DNA of 55,944 nucleotides from a virus (lineage: Duplodnaviria; Caudoviricetes), in the IMG/VR virus record IMGVR_UViG_3300044476_000120, positions 1-55,944 of that record. One strand, 5' to 3'. A model generated the notes under the pieces. That model did not search any database. It was not told the origin of the DNA and saw nothing but the letters and a program-made list of their open reading frames with translations. This document shows, one piece after another, positions 8,029-17,130 of the stretch. Made by a program: the position numbers and the translations under genes. Position 1 is the stretch's first letter; every line of letters begins with the position of its first letter.

Positions 8029-10320
8029 CTATCCGGGGACGATGCTGGCGTAGACGACACGCTTCTCACCCACCTTCGTGATCTTGGTGATCTTGAGCAC
8101 GGTGCCCCGGGGGAGCAGGACCTCTCCCTGGCCCATCCCAGGGATGACGCCATCGATGGAAAGGGCTGGCTGCCCGGCCGGGACCTTGATGCGCATGACG
8201 GTCTCCCCGGGCCACTCGGCAGCGTAGGACGGGCTGTACGAAGTGCTCATGTAGCCCTGGTCGATCAGCCGGGCCCCTACGCGGATGTCGCCAAGCGCAG
8301 CCGAGTCGACACCCCGGTAGACGTATCCCTCCGTCATGAAGCGAGCGGACCGGACTGCCTCGTCCAACACCTCGACCTGCTGCATGACGTACCCGAGGGC
8401 CTCCTCCGCGTCGACCACTCCGGCACCCTGGAAGAACTGACCGAAGTCGTCAACAGACGACCCTCCCAGGTCGACGCCACGGAGGGTGGAGTTGATCTGG
8501 GCGAAGGCGCCATTCGACACGTAGTCGTCCACCGCATCGACGAGATCTGGCGACAGCCTGGACGACTTCTGGGTGAGGTCGTCGATGACGTACTTCGGGG
8601 TCTTCGGAGCCTCCTGGGCGAACCGGGAGAGGGACTCTGCCGCAGTCGGGACCGGGGTTGCGGCGGGAGCCGGGGCGGGAACAGGGACCGGCTTGGACTT
8701 CGCGACCTTGAGTTCCGCCCGGGCAGCCTGGAGGTTGGACCAGGCCTTCTTCTGGGCTGGCGTGTTCGGTGCGGTGGCCTTGTACCGAGCCATGGCCTGG
8801 TTGACCCGCAACTGAGCCGTCTCGACGGGAGAGGACACGACCGGTGCAGGTGGCTTCGCTGCGCGCGCAGCCTTGACGGCGTCGGACTCGACCTCGGCGT
8901 CCACGACCCAGCCGCTCCCCTCCCGGCGCGGCGGGTTGAGGCGCAACTTCGTCCCCCGGGGGAGCAGATACTCATCCTGGGAGAAGACAGCCGGGTCGTT
9001 CGCATCCAGAAAGTCGTCCATGCGGATGACCTTGGACCCCGCTGGCGTCTGGATGTTGAGCCGGACTCCGGTCCCCTCGATGTCGAAGTCGGCCAGGATG
9101 TCGGCGCTCTTCGTGGTCGACATGTAGCCCTCGTCGGCGAAGGTTCCGCTCTTCCGTGCGGAAGCCAGGATCCGGTTGACCAGTTCCCTGTCCTGCCCAG
9201 GGATCTGTCGGTACACCCGGCTGCCGCTCTTCAACGGCTCAATGAGGTCGAACGCCTTGTCGATCCCGGCTGCGACGCGCTGTGCCCCCGGCGCGAGTGC
9301 CTTGCCGGTCCGGAGCGCGTCGTTGATCTCGATGTACATCAGGCCGGTGTCGTTGCTCCCCTTCCCCCAGGCGTACTCGTGCAGAGCCCGGTTGGGTGAG
9401 ATCGCAGGCATCTCGAATGGCCCGAACTCCTCCTCCAGATACGAATCGAAGTCGCCCTTCATGAACCCGTTGATGAAGGCGTCCCGGTCCATCGCGACCG
9501 GAGTGGTGAAGCAGAGACAGTTCGGGTGAGGCTTCTGAGGGACGTCCTGCGGAAGCCACTCCCCCGCTCCTCCGCCGACGAAGAACGTCCCCTCCGCGTA
9601 GTCATCGCACTCGTCCGGCTGCGGGTGGCTGCCTGAGATCTCCCACTTGACCGCTTGGACCCACGGCTCCCGCTGGGCCTGCCGGACCTGCGTGGCGTGG
9701 AAGGAGTTGTTCAACTCCGTCCGGCCGAGGCGTTGGGCTGCGTACCGGACTCCCCCGGGTGTGTTCGGGTTGACGAAGGCTCGGACGTCCTTGGCCAGTT
9801 CTGCCGCGCTGGCTCCCCGGGCTAGAGCGTTGTCCACGATCTTGTCGATCTTGCCGGACGACAGCGCCTCGTTCTTGTAGACGCTCTCGGCCAGCGGGAT
9901 CTTCGAGTACCGGAGCCGCGCCTCCGCCGCTCCGAGCCCTTGGACAGCCGACAGTTCTACCGACCGTGTCAGGTAGGCCAGGTCCCCTGGTGGCAGGATG
10001 GCCTTGAGGATGTCCGGGTTCAGCATCCCAGTGACTGCGGCGGCTGCTGCTTCGGCCTTCCCGGCGGCGATGGTGTCTCCCAGCCGGGTCCACATCACCG
10101 CCATCTCCCGGTGCATCGCGGCCTGAGACAACTTGAGTTGCTCCGTCCGGGTCAGGGCCCCGATCCCGCTCTTCGTCGCCAGACGCTTCAGTTCCGTGTC
10201 GATGTTCGCGGCGCTGGCGCGGAGGATCGCCATCATCTCTCGGTCCGTGTTCCGCTGAACCTGAAGGTGCGCGATCAGGGGTCGCCGGTCGACACCCGGT
10301 CTGGTCGTCGTGTCAGCCAT
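8029..10320 (-). CDS. MuF-like head morphogenesis protein fused to two VIP2/C3-like ADP-ribosyltransferase domains
   Basis: MuF motifs RLGRTE, HPQPDECD, HPNCLC; two ART repeats: VYR..YMSTT..QDEYLLPRG and VYRG..YMSTS..QGEVLLPRG. Confidence 0.85.
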   Translation of the reverse strand: MADTTTRPGVDRRPLIAHLQVQRNTDREMMAILRASAANIDTELKRLATKSGIGALTRTEQLKLSQAAMHREMAVMWTRLGDTIAAGKAEAAAAAVTGMLNPDILKAILPPGDLAYLTRSVELSAVQGLGAAEARLRYSKIPLAESVYKNEALSSGKIDKIVDNALARGASAAELAKDVRAFVNPNTPGGVRYAAQRLGRTELNNSFHATQVRQAQREPWVQAVKWEISGSHPQPDECDDYAEGTFFVGGGAGEWLPQDVPQKPHPNCLCFTTPVAMDRDAFINGFMKGDFDSYLEEEFGPFEMPAISPNRALHEYAWGKGSNDTGLMYIEINDALRTGKALAPGAQRVAAGIDKAFDLIEPLKSGSRVYRQIPGQDRELVNRILASARKSGTFADEGYMSTTKSADILADFDIEGTGVRLNIQTPAGSKVIRMDDFLDANDPAVFSQDEYLLPRGTKLRLNPPRREGSGWVVDAEVESDAVKAARAAKPPAPVVSSPVETAQLRVNQAMARYKATAPNTPAQKKAWSNLQAARAELKVAKSKPVPVPAPAPAATPVPTAAESLSRFAQEAPKTPKYVIDDLTQKSSRLSPDLVDAVDDYVSNGAFAQINSTLRGVDLGGSSVDDFGQFFQGAGVVDAEEALGYVMQQVEVLDEAVRSARFMTEGYVYRGVDSAALGDIRVGARLIDQGYMSTSYSPSYAAEWPGETVMRIKVPAGQPALSIDGVIPGMGQGEVLLPRGTVLKITKITKVGEKRVVYASIVPG

Positions 10321-10534
10321 CGTCGACCCCGATCTGGTCCACGATCGCCCGGGCAGCGTGGACCAGGCCGACCTGGAGAATCCACGACATACCCGGGGTG
10401 TGGGCGATGACGAACCCCTCCATAGGCTTCTCCGGGTTGGCTGTCCGGAGCAGAACGACCGCGTCGAGGATCTGGTCTCCCTCGTCAAGGTCGGCCTGGA
10501 TCCCGAGACGGGACAGGTCGAGTGGGGTGGCCAT
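10313..10534 (-). CDS. Hypothetical protein (73 aa), probably leaderless
   Basis: TACCCT -10-like hexamer 6 nt before ATG; overlaps the MuF start. Confidence 0.65.
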   Translation of the reverse strand: MATPLDLSRLGIQADLDEGDQILDAVVLLRTANPEKPMEGFVIAHTPGMSWILQVGLVHAARAIVDQIGVDDG

Positions 10535-10596
10535 GGGCTCAGGGTAACGGAAGAGGGCCCGGAGACCGCGCTCCAGGCCCTCTCTCGGACGTCTCG

Positions 10597-10731
10597 TCAC
10601 CACTCGAAGACTGCCCAGTCGCCGTCCCGGTAGATGACCGCGTAGGCCACGACGCCGGGGCCGTCCAGCATCTGGGTCCCGAAGGAGACTGCCTCGGCTC
10701 GCGTCATGAAGACGATGGTGCTGCAGATCAC
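10597..10731 (-). CDS. Hypothetical 44-aa protein
   Basis: Own translation MICSTIVFMTRAEAVSFG...DGDWAVFEW; GC3-rich codons; weak RBS. Confidence 0.45.
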   Translation of the reverse strand: MICSTIVFMTRAEAVSFGTQMLDGPGVVAYAVIYRDGDWAVFEW

Positions 10732-10902
10732 TGGCTGGCCGGACGTCCAGCAGCGCCGATCTCCGCGAGCGCTTCGTCCCGTCTACCGAGGCTCTCCGCA
10801 GCGCGACCGCTGTCTTCGCCGAGTACCCAGAGGCCGACCAGGACCTGGACGAGGTCTACGCCGCGATCGCCCTCCCGGGCAAGGTCCGCGGGATGAACAA
10901 GT

Positions 10903-10941
10903 TTCTCGGGCCCCGAGGATTGCCTCTCCGGGGCCCGAGAA
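10903..10941 (-). terminator. Stem-loop terminator
   Basis: TTCTCGGGCCCCG/CGGGGCCCGAGAA right after the stop at 10950. Confidence 0.65.
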
Positions 10942-10949
10942 GGTGGGGG

Positions 10950-11462
10950 TCAGTAGTTGGCCGCGCAGACCGGGCCGATCCCGCGATCGACGCTCTCGGG
11001 GTCGTCCAGGCGCCGTCCGCAGATCAGGCACGTGCCGCTGTGGATCCCCAGCATCCCGACCTCGGAGACCTCGAGCCGGGCCCACTCGCCAGCGTCGCGC
11101 AGGACCTTGCCGGCCAGGCCGAGGTACTCGTACGACACGCCGGGCTCCTCGGCGTCGCCGAAGTGGATGCGCTTGGCGAGCATGCGGCCGGACTGCTGGC
11201 CACGGTAGACCCGGAGGTACTGGTCGCCTGCGTAGACGTAGACGCCTGCCTGCGGCTCGCTGGGGTGGCCGCTGCCGGTTCCCTGCGGAGCATCCGTGAG
11301 GTCCAGGAGGGCGTCGATGACGGACGATGCGCTCGCCTTGGTGGCCCGGGACCAGTCCGGGTTCCAGCCCTCGTAGATCGTCCCACGGAGGTCCTTGGCG
11401 GCGAGGAGGCGCTCGATGAACTGGCGCTGCTTGTCGGTGGCGGGGGTGGCGGTGGTGTTCAT
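10950..11462 (-). CDS. DUF6011-like zinc-finger protein
   Basis: C-terminal CLICGRRLDDPESVDRGIGPVC; N-terminal ATDKQ...ASSVIDALL. Confidence 0.75.
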   Translation of the reverse strand: MNTTATPATDKQRQFIERLLAAKDLRGTIYEGWNPDWSRATKASASSVIDALLDLTDAPQGTGSGHPSEPQAGVYVYAGDQYLRVYRGQQSGRMLAKRIHFGDAEEPGVSYEYLGLAGKVLRDAGEWARLEVSEVGMLGIHSGTCLICGRRLDDPESVDRGIGPVCAANY

Positions 11463-11516
11463 GTCTGTGGCCCTGTCTCGTTGTCGGGTTGACGTGTTGT
11501 CGGGTTGTCGTGTTCG

Positions 11517-11777
11517 TCAGGCGGTCATGAAGTCGCCGCTGACGATGTTCCGGACCAGCCGTGCAGTCGCGCCGTGTCCGTGCTGGGCGCCGTCCGTGTC
11601 CTCGAAGATCCCGGTCTCGTTCTGGACGGGGTTGTCGAAGGTCAGGACGTCCATCGCGTGCTGGGCCAGGTAATCGCAGTCGTCGCAGAGGACGTTCGCG
11701 GGGCAGGACGTCTGGACGAGGACCTTGTAGCAGGTGCCGTCGATCTCGGTGCTGGCGGTGTACATGCGGTTCGTCAT
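11517..11777 (-). CDS. Hypothetical protein, first gene of cassette A
   Basis: ATG directly after the cassette RBS GAAGGAACCG. Confidence 0.75.
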   Translation of the reverse strand: MTNRMYTASTEIDGTCYKVLVQTSCPANVLCDDCDYLAQHAMDVLTFDNPVQNETGIFEDTDGAQHGHGATARLVRNIVSGDFMTA

Positions 11778-11883
11778 CTTCGGTTCCTTCGGTTCCGTGG
11801 GCCCGGTCCGACCCAACAACCTCAGGTTAGCGTACCTCGACCGGGAACGCTAGTCGGATCGCTAACTTTCGCGGACGAGTTTC
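11778..11883 (-). promoter_or_regulatory. Repeated promoter-hairpin-RBS cassette, copy A
   Basis: GAAAGTTAGCGATCCGA-CTAGCG-N18-TAACCT, GC hairpin, ACGGAACCGAAGGAACCG. Confidence 0.85.
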
Positions 11884-11893
11884 TCCGGGCAGC

Positions 11894-11933
11894 GAGAGGC
11901 CCCCGGGGGTCGCGGGTTCCCCGGGGGCCTCTC
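11894..11933 (-). terminator. Stem-loop terminator
   Basis: 15-bp IR GAGAGGCCCCCGGGG/CCCCGGGGGCCTCTC after the stop at 11941. Confidence 0.65.
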
Positions 11934-11940
11934 CGTCTTC

Positions 11941-12693
11941 TCACGATCCGATCGCGCCTGCTCCGCCGTTCACCCGGCCGTGGCCCAGGTCAGCGTTGCG
12001 ACCGGCGCGAGCGCCGCTCTGAGACGCGCTCCAGTCGCTGGTCTGCGCACCGCCCCGGCTGGACCGCAGAGGACCGTAGGTCTTCTCGACCCAGGAGTCG
12101 ATCTTGGGCTGCTTCGCCGCGAGGACGAGCGCCGCGCCCGGCGTGGCCTCGGTGGTCTGCTGGCGCTGGCGCTCGTTCGCGATGCGGCGAGCAACCTCCG
12201 CGCCGAACCCCGAGATGAAGGAGCGGTTCCCGGTGTACTTCTCCATGTCGGTGTAGTAGCGGCGCTGCTCCTTGACCTCGCGCTGCCAGCGCTTGAGCGC
12301 CGACATGACCTGCAGCGCGAGCGAGTCGATGAGGCGGCAGAACTCCGCGACGTCCGACTGGTGCCCGATGATGTAGGTGGTGCGGATCATCCCGTTGTGG
12401 TTCTTGGTCTGAAGGACGGTGATGTCTCCGAACGCTCTGGCGAGCCGGTGCACGAACGGCACCATGACGATGGAGTAGTTGCCGGTCCACCGCCGGGTGA
12501 CCTCGACGATCTTCTCCGGCTCGACCTTGCCGGCCGACTCCAACTCGGCGCGCTCGATGCCGAGCCGGAGCATCAGGCTCTCGGCCTTGGCCAGGTAGGT
12601 GTCGCGCTCGGCGTCGTTGGTCGTGCCCTCGGCCTTGGCCAGCAACTTGGCGATCTTGGACTTGGTGGTCTCGATGGTGCTCTGCTCGGACAT
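11941..12693 (-). CDS. DUF2786-domain protein
   Basis: N-terminal KIAKLLAKAE...ERDTYLAKAESLM; C-terminal G-x-x-A-G-x-x-A-D-L. Confidence 0.8.
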   Translation of the reverse strand: MSEQSTIETTKSKIAKLLAKAEGTTNDAERDTYLAKAESLMLRLGIERAELESAGKVEPEKIVEVTRRWTGNYSIVMVPFVHRLARAFGDITVLQTKNHNGMIRTTYIIGHQSDVAEFCRLIDSLALQVMSALKRWQREVKEQRRYYTDMEKYTGNRSFISGFGAEVARRIANERQRQQTTEATPGAALVLAAKQPKIDSWVEKTYGPLRSSRGGAQTSDWSASQSGARAGRNADLGHGRVNGGAGAIGS

Positions 12694-12745
12694 GTCGGTT
12701 CCTTCTCTCGGGTTGCGGGTTGCGGGTTGTCGTGTTGTCGGGTTG

Positions 12746-12838
12746 TCAGGCGAGGACGATCGTGGTGCCCGGCTTGAAGAAGAGGTCGTTGTGGCCGTTC
12801 CGCTTGGTGCGGGCCTGGACGGTGAGGGAGAGAGTCAT
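12746..12838 (-). CDS. 30-aa peptide, first gene of cassette B
   Basis: Not in ORF track; MTLSLTVQARTKRNGHNDLFFKPGTTIVLA; ATG directly after the cassette RBS. Confidence 0.65.
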   Translation of the reverse strand: MTLSLTVQARTKRNGHNDLFFKPGTTIVLA

Positions 12839-12943
12839 GTCGGTTCCTTCGGTTCCGTGGGGCCCGGTCGCCCCAACAACCTCAGGTTAGCGTACCTTGG
12901 GCAGGAACGCTAGTCCGATCGCTAACTTTCTTGAAAGAGTTTC
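12839..12943 (-). promoter_or_regulatory. Repeated promoter cassette, copy B
   Basis: GAAACTCTTTCAAGAAAGTTAGCGATCGGA-CTAGCG-N18-TAACCT...GAAGGAACCG. Confidence 0.85.
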
Positions 12944-13037
12944 GACTACCGTCCCCGGCGCCGATTCCGACGACACTCGGGGCATCCGTTCGGCCCCATC
13001 TCCACTCCGGGGTGTTTGGGGCAGATCATCGTGAGTG

Positions 13038-13436
13038 TCAGGAGACCAGCGCGTACTTGACGAACCGGGTCCCGAGGTTCACCTTGTACAGCCCGGAGGT
13101 CTTGTAGTACCACCGGCACGGACGGTCCTTCTCGCACCACTCGAACGTGGCCCTGGAGTCCTTGTGGCTGTAGCCCTCCCGGTGCAGCCAGAACCCCGTG
13201 AAGAACGTGTCGTCAGCGGGCTCGCCGTTCCACGCTGCCCGGCGCATCCAGACCTCGACGCGCCCGGGCTCCGCGCTCTTCAGGTCGGCCTCGTCGAAGT
13301 TCAGGTAGGTGTCCGCGAACATGAGCGTGCCAAGGGTCGGAGCGTAGTCTCCAACGTCGAGCCGGTGCTCCTTGCCGTCGCAGATCAGGGCCAGCGCGTC
13401 TGTCTTCTTGACGGGCTTGATGTACTTCACAGGCAT
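13038..13436 (-). CDS. Hypothetical protein following endolysin (possible cell-wall-binding partner)
   Basis: 132 aa, aromatic-rich, own GAAGGA RBS. Confidence 0.65.
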   Translation of the reverse strand: MPVKYIKPVKKTDALALICDGKEHRLDVGDYAPTLGTLMFADTYLNFDEADLKSAEPGRVEVWMRRAAWNGEPADDTFFTGFWLHREGYSHKDSRATFEWCEKDRPCRWYYKTSGLYKVNLGTRFVKYALVS

Positions 13437-13451
13437 GGTCGTGTCCTTCCG

Positions 13452-13925
13452 TCAGAGTGAGGTGGGGGCCCACACCAGGCTGGGGGGATAGATCCGCACC
13501 AGCCCGTTGGTCATGTAGACGTACCGGGACCACCGTGTCTGGTGACCCTTCATGGCGGCGAGATGCAGGTGCGCGCCGGTGGAGTTGCCGCTGTTCCCGC
13601 TCCTGCCGATGACCTGCCCGGCCTTCACGGTCTGGCCCTTCTTCACGGCCACCGACGACAGGTGCTGGTAGTAGACCGTCCGCTTCTGGCCAAGGACGTT
13701 CTTGTAGCCGAGGAGGATCCAGTTCGACGGCTCTCCAGAGTAGTTCCGCTCCGGGCTGTTGGGGTCTTCCCCGTCGTGGCAGTCCAGGATGAAACCGTCC
13801 CGCACCGCCAGGATCGGGGTGCCGTAGGGCGTGAGGTAGTCATACGCCCAGTGCGGCGCTCCGGACGAGTAGAACTTCTTCGTCCCGATCCCGAAGGTCC
13901 CCTTGAACGGCGGTGACTTGGCCAT
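13452..13925 (-). CDS. Endolysin, M23 metallopeptidase domain only
   Basis: HWAYD (HxxxD), YYQHL, GNSGNSTGAHLH (HxH). Confidence 0.85.
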   Translation of the reverse strand: MAKSPPFKGTFGIGTKKFYSSGAPHWAYDYLTPYGTPILAVRDGFILDCHDGEDPNSPERNYSGEPSNWILLGYKNVLGQKRTVYYQHLSSVAVKKGQTVKAGQVIGRSGNSGNSTGAHLHLAAMKGHQTRWSRYVYMTNGLVRIYPPSLVWAPTSL

Positions 13926-13945
13926 GCCTCGCGTCTCCTCTTGCC

Positions 13946-15460
13946 CTATGCCGTGGGCTCGTCGCCCAGTTCGGTCACGGCCCGTCCGGCGAACGGGTCG
14001 ACGTTCCGCGCGTCGGCCATTGCCTGGGCCTCCGCCACGATCGTGTTGCTCATCTCGTCGGGGAAGTCGTAGCCCAACTTCTCCTGAAGGATCGTCCGGG
14101 CGTACTCCGTCGAGATGAGTGGGGGATCGGTGCTGAGCATGGCCACGACCTCGTCAAGGATGGCCTTGCGGTTCACCGGCAGCGGATCCTCCACGATGCT
14201 CGCTGCCCGGGCGGGGGACGAGAGACCCTCGTACGTGGGGAACCACATCGTGACGAGGTCGTAGAGCAGTTGATCCATCACCGACAGGATCTCGCCCTCC
14301 TTCTCCTCGTTGCCCGAGAGGATGGGGCTCATCTTGAAGGCCAGCGCGATGCCGGACTCAGCGGTCTGCACGTCAACGGTCCCGATGGCGATGTCCGGGA
14401 CCCCCGCCGACTCCCGCATCGATTGCTCCAACTTGCCGATGTGGTCGAGCATGGGCGCGATCCCTGTGACTCCAGCGACCCGATCGAAGGTCGAGTCCGG
14501 GTCGATCTCGAGGACCCACCCGGGGCCGAACTTCCAGTTGGTCTCGTTCCCGTCGTCGTCCACCGGGGGACCGCTGTTCGTCCAGTACAGGCCCAGTCCC
14601 TGCAGGGAGAGCGTCAGGTCCTCGTCGCTGATGGTCTGGTTGATGCCGGAGATGAGGCTCTCCAGGCCGTCGAGTTCTGAAGACCCGAAGGGCTGGTTGG
14701 TCGCCGGGTTGTTCTTGATGTGGTACACCGGGATGGCCGTGATCGCCGGGGGCAGGTCGTAGGCGTCGGGCTTGTTGTAGTCCCCGGCCGGGATGTCCTG
14801 CCCGGTGATCTTCTTGAGGCTGACGTCCGGGTCACGGTCGTCCCACCCGCCGGTCTCCCACCAGGACAGTTCGTACGAGATCGTCCCGGACTCTGTCTTC
14901 CGGTAGGTCTGGCGCTTGATGACGACCTTGCCGGCCTCGTTCTCGACCGGGTCCACCAGGTGGACGCCCAGCACCTTGTCGGGGTTCCACGGGTCCAGGA
15001 TCGGGAAGTACGAGGCAGGGTCGACCTCGTAGACAGACAGGCGCCGTCCCTCGGGCTTGTTCTCGTCTGCCGTGATGTGCCAGACCTGGTCGCCACGGAC
15101 GAGGCCCCAGCGCTTCTGGGTGGCGAACTTCGACCAGACGCGCTCTCTGCGGAAGAGTTGCTGGAGGGCGAAGTCGAGCGCAGCGCGGTCCGAGTCGGAC
15201 CCCAAGCCTGGGGCCAGCGCGTAGGTCCAGCGCTTCGCCAGGAACCTGTTCTTCGCCTCGATGATCGTGCGCGCCGACGGGAGGTAGATCGGGTTCTGCT
15301 CGTCGCCCCGCTGCACCAACTTGAACGCCCCGGGCACGTTCCGGTACAGGCTCTCGTACACCGCATATGCGCCCAGCCGCACCGCGTCATCGCCGGAGAG
15401 CCACGAATCCAGAGGACCCATGAGTGGCCTCACGGACGAGTACGGCGTCAGGTCAACCAT
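13946..15460 (-). CDS. Portal protein
   Basis: 504 aa after terminase; FGSSELDGLE, AESGIAL motifs; GAGAGGA RBS. Confidence 0.9.
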   Translation of the reverse strand: MVDLTPYSSVRPLMGPLDSWLSGDDAVRLGAYAVYESLYRNVPGAFKLVQRGDEQNPIYLPSARTIIEAKNRFLAKRWTYALAPGLGSDSDRAALDFALQQLFRRERVWSKFATQKRWGLVRGDQVWHITADENKPEGRRLSVYEVDPASYFPILDPWNPDKVLGVHLVDPVENEAGKVVIKRQTYRKTESGTISYELSWWETGGWDDRDPDVSLKKITGQDIPAGDYNKPDAYDLPPAITAIPVYHIKNNPATNQPFGSSELDGLESLISGINQTISDEDLTLSLQGLGLYWTNSGPPVDDDGNETNWKFGPGWVLEIDPDSTFDRVAGVTGIAPMLDHIGKLEQSMRESAGVPDIAIGTVDVQTAESGIALAFKMSPILSGNEEKEGEILSVMDQLLYDLVTMWFPTYEGLSSPARAASIVEDPLPVNRKAILDEVVAMLSTDPPLISTEYARTILQEKLGYDFPDEMSNTIVAEAQAMADARNVDPFAGRAVTELGDEPTA

Positions 15461-15504
15461 TGGTGGTCCTCTCGTCGTTTGGACGCTACGGTACCGTGCT
15501 TCCG

Positions 15505-17013
15505 TCAAGCAACAAGGCTACTCCTGCTCGCACGAGCCTTCCGCCCACTCCCGGTCTGGCCCCAGCGAGAGGCGAACATGCGCCCGAGAGCCTCTGGCGC
15601 GTGGTCGTCTTTCTTCACCGGGTTCTCTGGCGAGTTGGTCTCGACGACCTGCGACTTCTTCTCCGGGTAGCGGTAGTTCAGCATGTCGTTGATCGTCGAC
15701 GTGCAGCGCCGGTGGATCTGGAGGCGCGGCACCCGGGTTGGGTCGCCCTCTGGCAGGTGGGGGTTCCGGACCTTCAGGGCCCGGCGGATCGCGTCGATGC
15801 GGTGCTTGATCTCGCCACCTGTCCCACCCCGGTGCCGGATCTTCAGACGGCTCTCGAGCACCTTCGTGTCGGCCGGGCTGGCGGGGTCCGGGTAGAAGAC
15901 CTTCAGGCTGCTCGGGCAGAGTCCTCGTTCCTCGATGCGGTCGGCGAACTCGTCCGGTGTCAGGCCTGTCTCGTAGACCTCGTCCAGCACCCGGATGCGC
16001 TCCTCGTGGGGGTCGATCTGGATCAGGAGCCACACGTTCGGGTTCGTGAAGCCGTAGTCCACGGCAGCGACTGTCTCCCAGCCGGGCTCGAAGTCGAAGT
16101 CACCGACGTGGATCTCCTCATCGAAGTCCTTGAACACCCGTCCCACGAACTCCGTGAACAGGGCCCCGATCTCCTGGTTGAACGCCTCCTCCGTCAGGTC
16201 AGCGGCCAGTTCCCCGATCTCGGGATCCACTCCCAGCCGGTGGAAGAGGGCCTCGTCGATCACCTGGTCTTTGGACGCGATCGCTCGCCGGAGCCGGATG
16301 ATGCCATCGTCCGTCGCCCCCAGCGGGTACACGTAGGGGTTCGTCCAGGACGGCGCCCGGAAGGATCCCCAGTCCGGGCGGTTCGGGTCCTGGCCCCGGC
16401 GCCACATGTCGTAGAACCAGTTCTTGCCCTCCGGGGTGGACGTCATCAGGCACCACCCCAGGAAGTCCGCCAGCGTGGGGCGGATCAACTTGTTGTAGGT
16501 GCGCGCCTTCAACTTGGCGGCCTCGGCCAGCACCACCCCAGAGAGGCCTTCGCCCACCAGCGAGTCCGGGTGCTTCTCCGACTTGGCGTGGACCTGGAAC
16601 CGGCCTCCCCACATGCTCAGATGCATGTCCCCCTGCTCGGGGTTGTTGTACGACCCGGGCTTGTCGAAGTGGTCCCGGAACCCGGCCTTCGACAACTCGT
16701 TCCACAGGATGCGGAACTCCTTCTCGGAGTCCGTGTACGACGGGCCGACGATCCAGAACTCCCGGCGCTTCCCCAGGTCCTCGAGCATGCTCTTGACCAG
16801 CCGGGTGTTGAGCGCCTCCTGCACCAACTTGTGCCCGCCGATCTCGGACTTGCCGAACCGGCGCCCGGCGCTGACGACCTTCTGCCTTGCCGGGTGCTCA
16901 ATGACGTCCTGCTGGATGCGGTGTGGGTACCAACCCATCCTCTCGTACAGAGGTATCTCAGCGATCGGGCGCGGCGGGTTCAGGTTGATCCGGGTGTCCG
17001 GGACGACGGTCAT
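15505..17013 (-). CDS. terL: Terminase large subunit
   Basis: Walker A AGRRFGKS, TSTPEGKNWFY, nuclease VDYGFTNP and DDHAPEAL. Confidence 0.95.
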   Translation of the reverse strand: MTVVPDTRINLNPPRPIAEIPLYERMGWYPHRIQQDVIEHPARQKVVSAGRRFGKSEIGGHKLVQEALNTRLVKSMLEDLGKRREFWIVGPSYTDSEKEFRILWNELSKAGFRDHFDKPGSYNNPEQGDMHLSMWGGRFQVHAKSEKHPDSLVGEGLSGVVLAEAAKLKARTYNKLIRPTLADFLGWCLMTSTPEGKNWFYDMWRRGQDPNRPDWGSFRAPSWTNPYVYPLGATDDGIIRLRRAIASKDQVIDEALFHRLGVDPEIGELAADLTEEAFNQEIGALFTEFVGRVFKDFDEEIHVGDFDFEPGWETVAAVDYGFTNPNVWLLIQIDPHEERIRVLDEVYETGLTPDEFADRIEERGLCPSSLKVFYPDPASPADTKVLESRLKIRHRGGTGGEIKHRIDAIRRALKVRNPHLPEGDPTRVPRLQIHRRCTSTINDMLNYRYPEKKSQVVETNSPENPVKKDDHAPEALGRMFASRWGQTGSGRKARASRSSLVA

Positions 17014-17130
17014 GTCCCCTCCCCTCCGCCATGAGAGACCATCGACCCATCGATTGGTGGATGGTCTCTCATGGTACGCGCTGCGAGGACGCTGGCCACG
17101 CCGTCGAGTTGGTGCGGCTCGTAGTCGTGG

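Noticed and set aside
10750-10895. Coding-like plus-strand stretch (SADLRERFVP...DLDEVYAAIAL)
   Set aside because: No start codon in frame before 10893; at most a gene remnant, not supportable as a CDS
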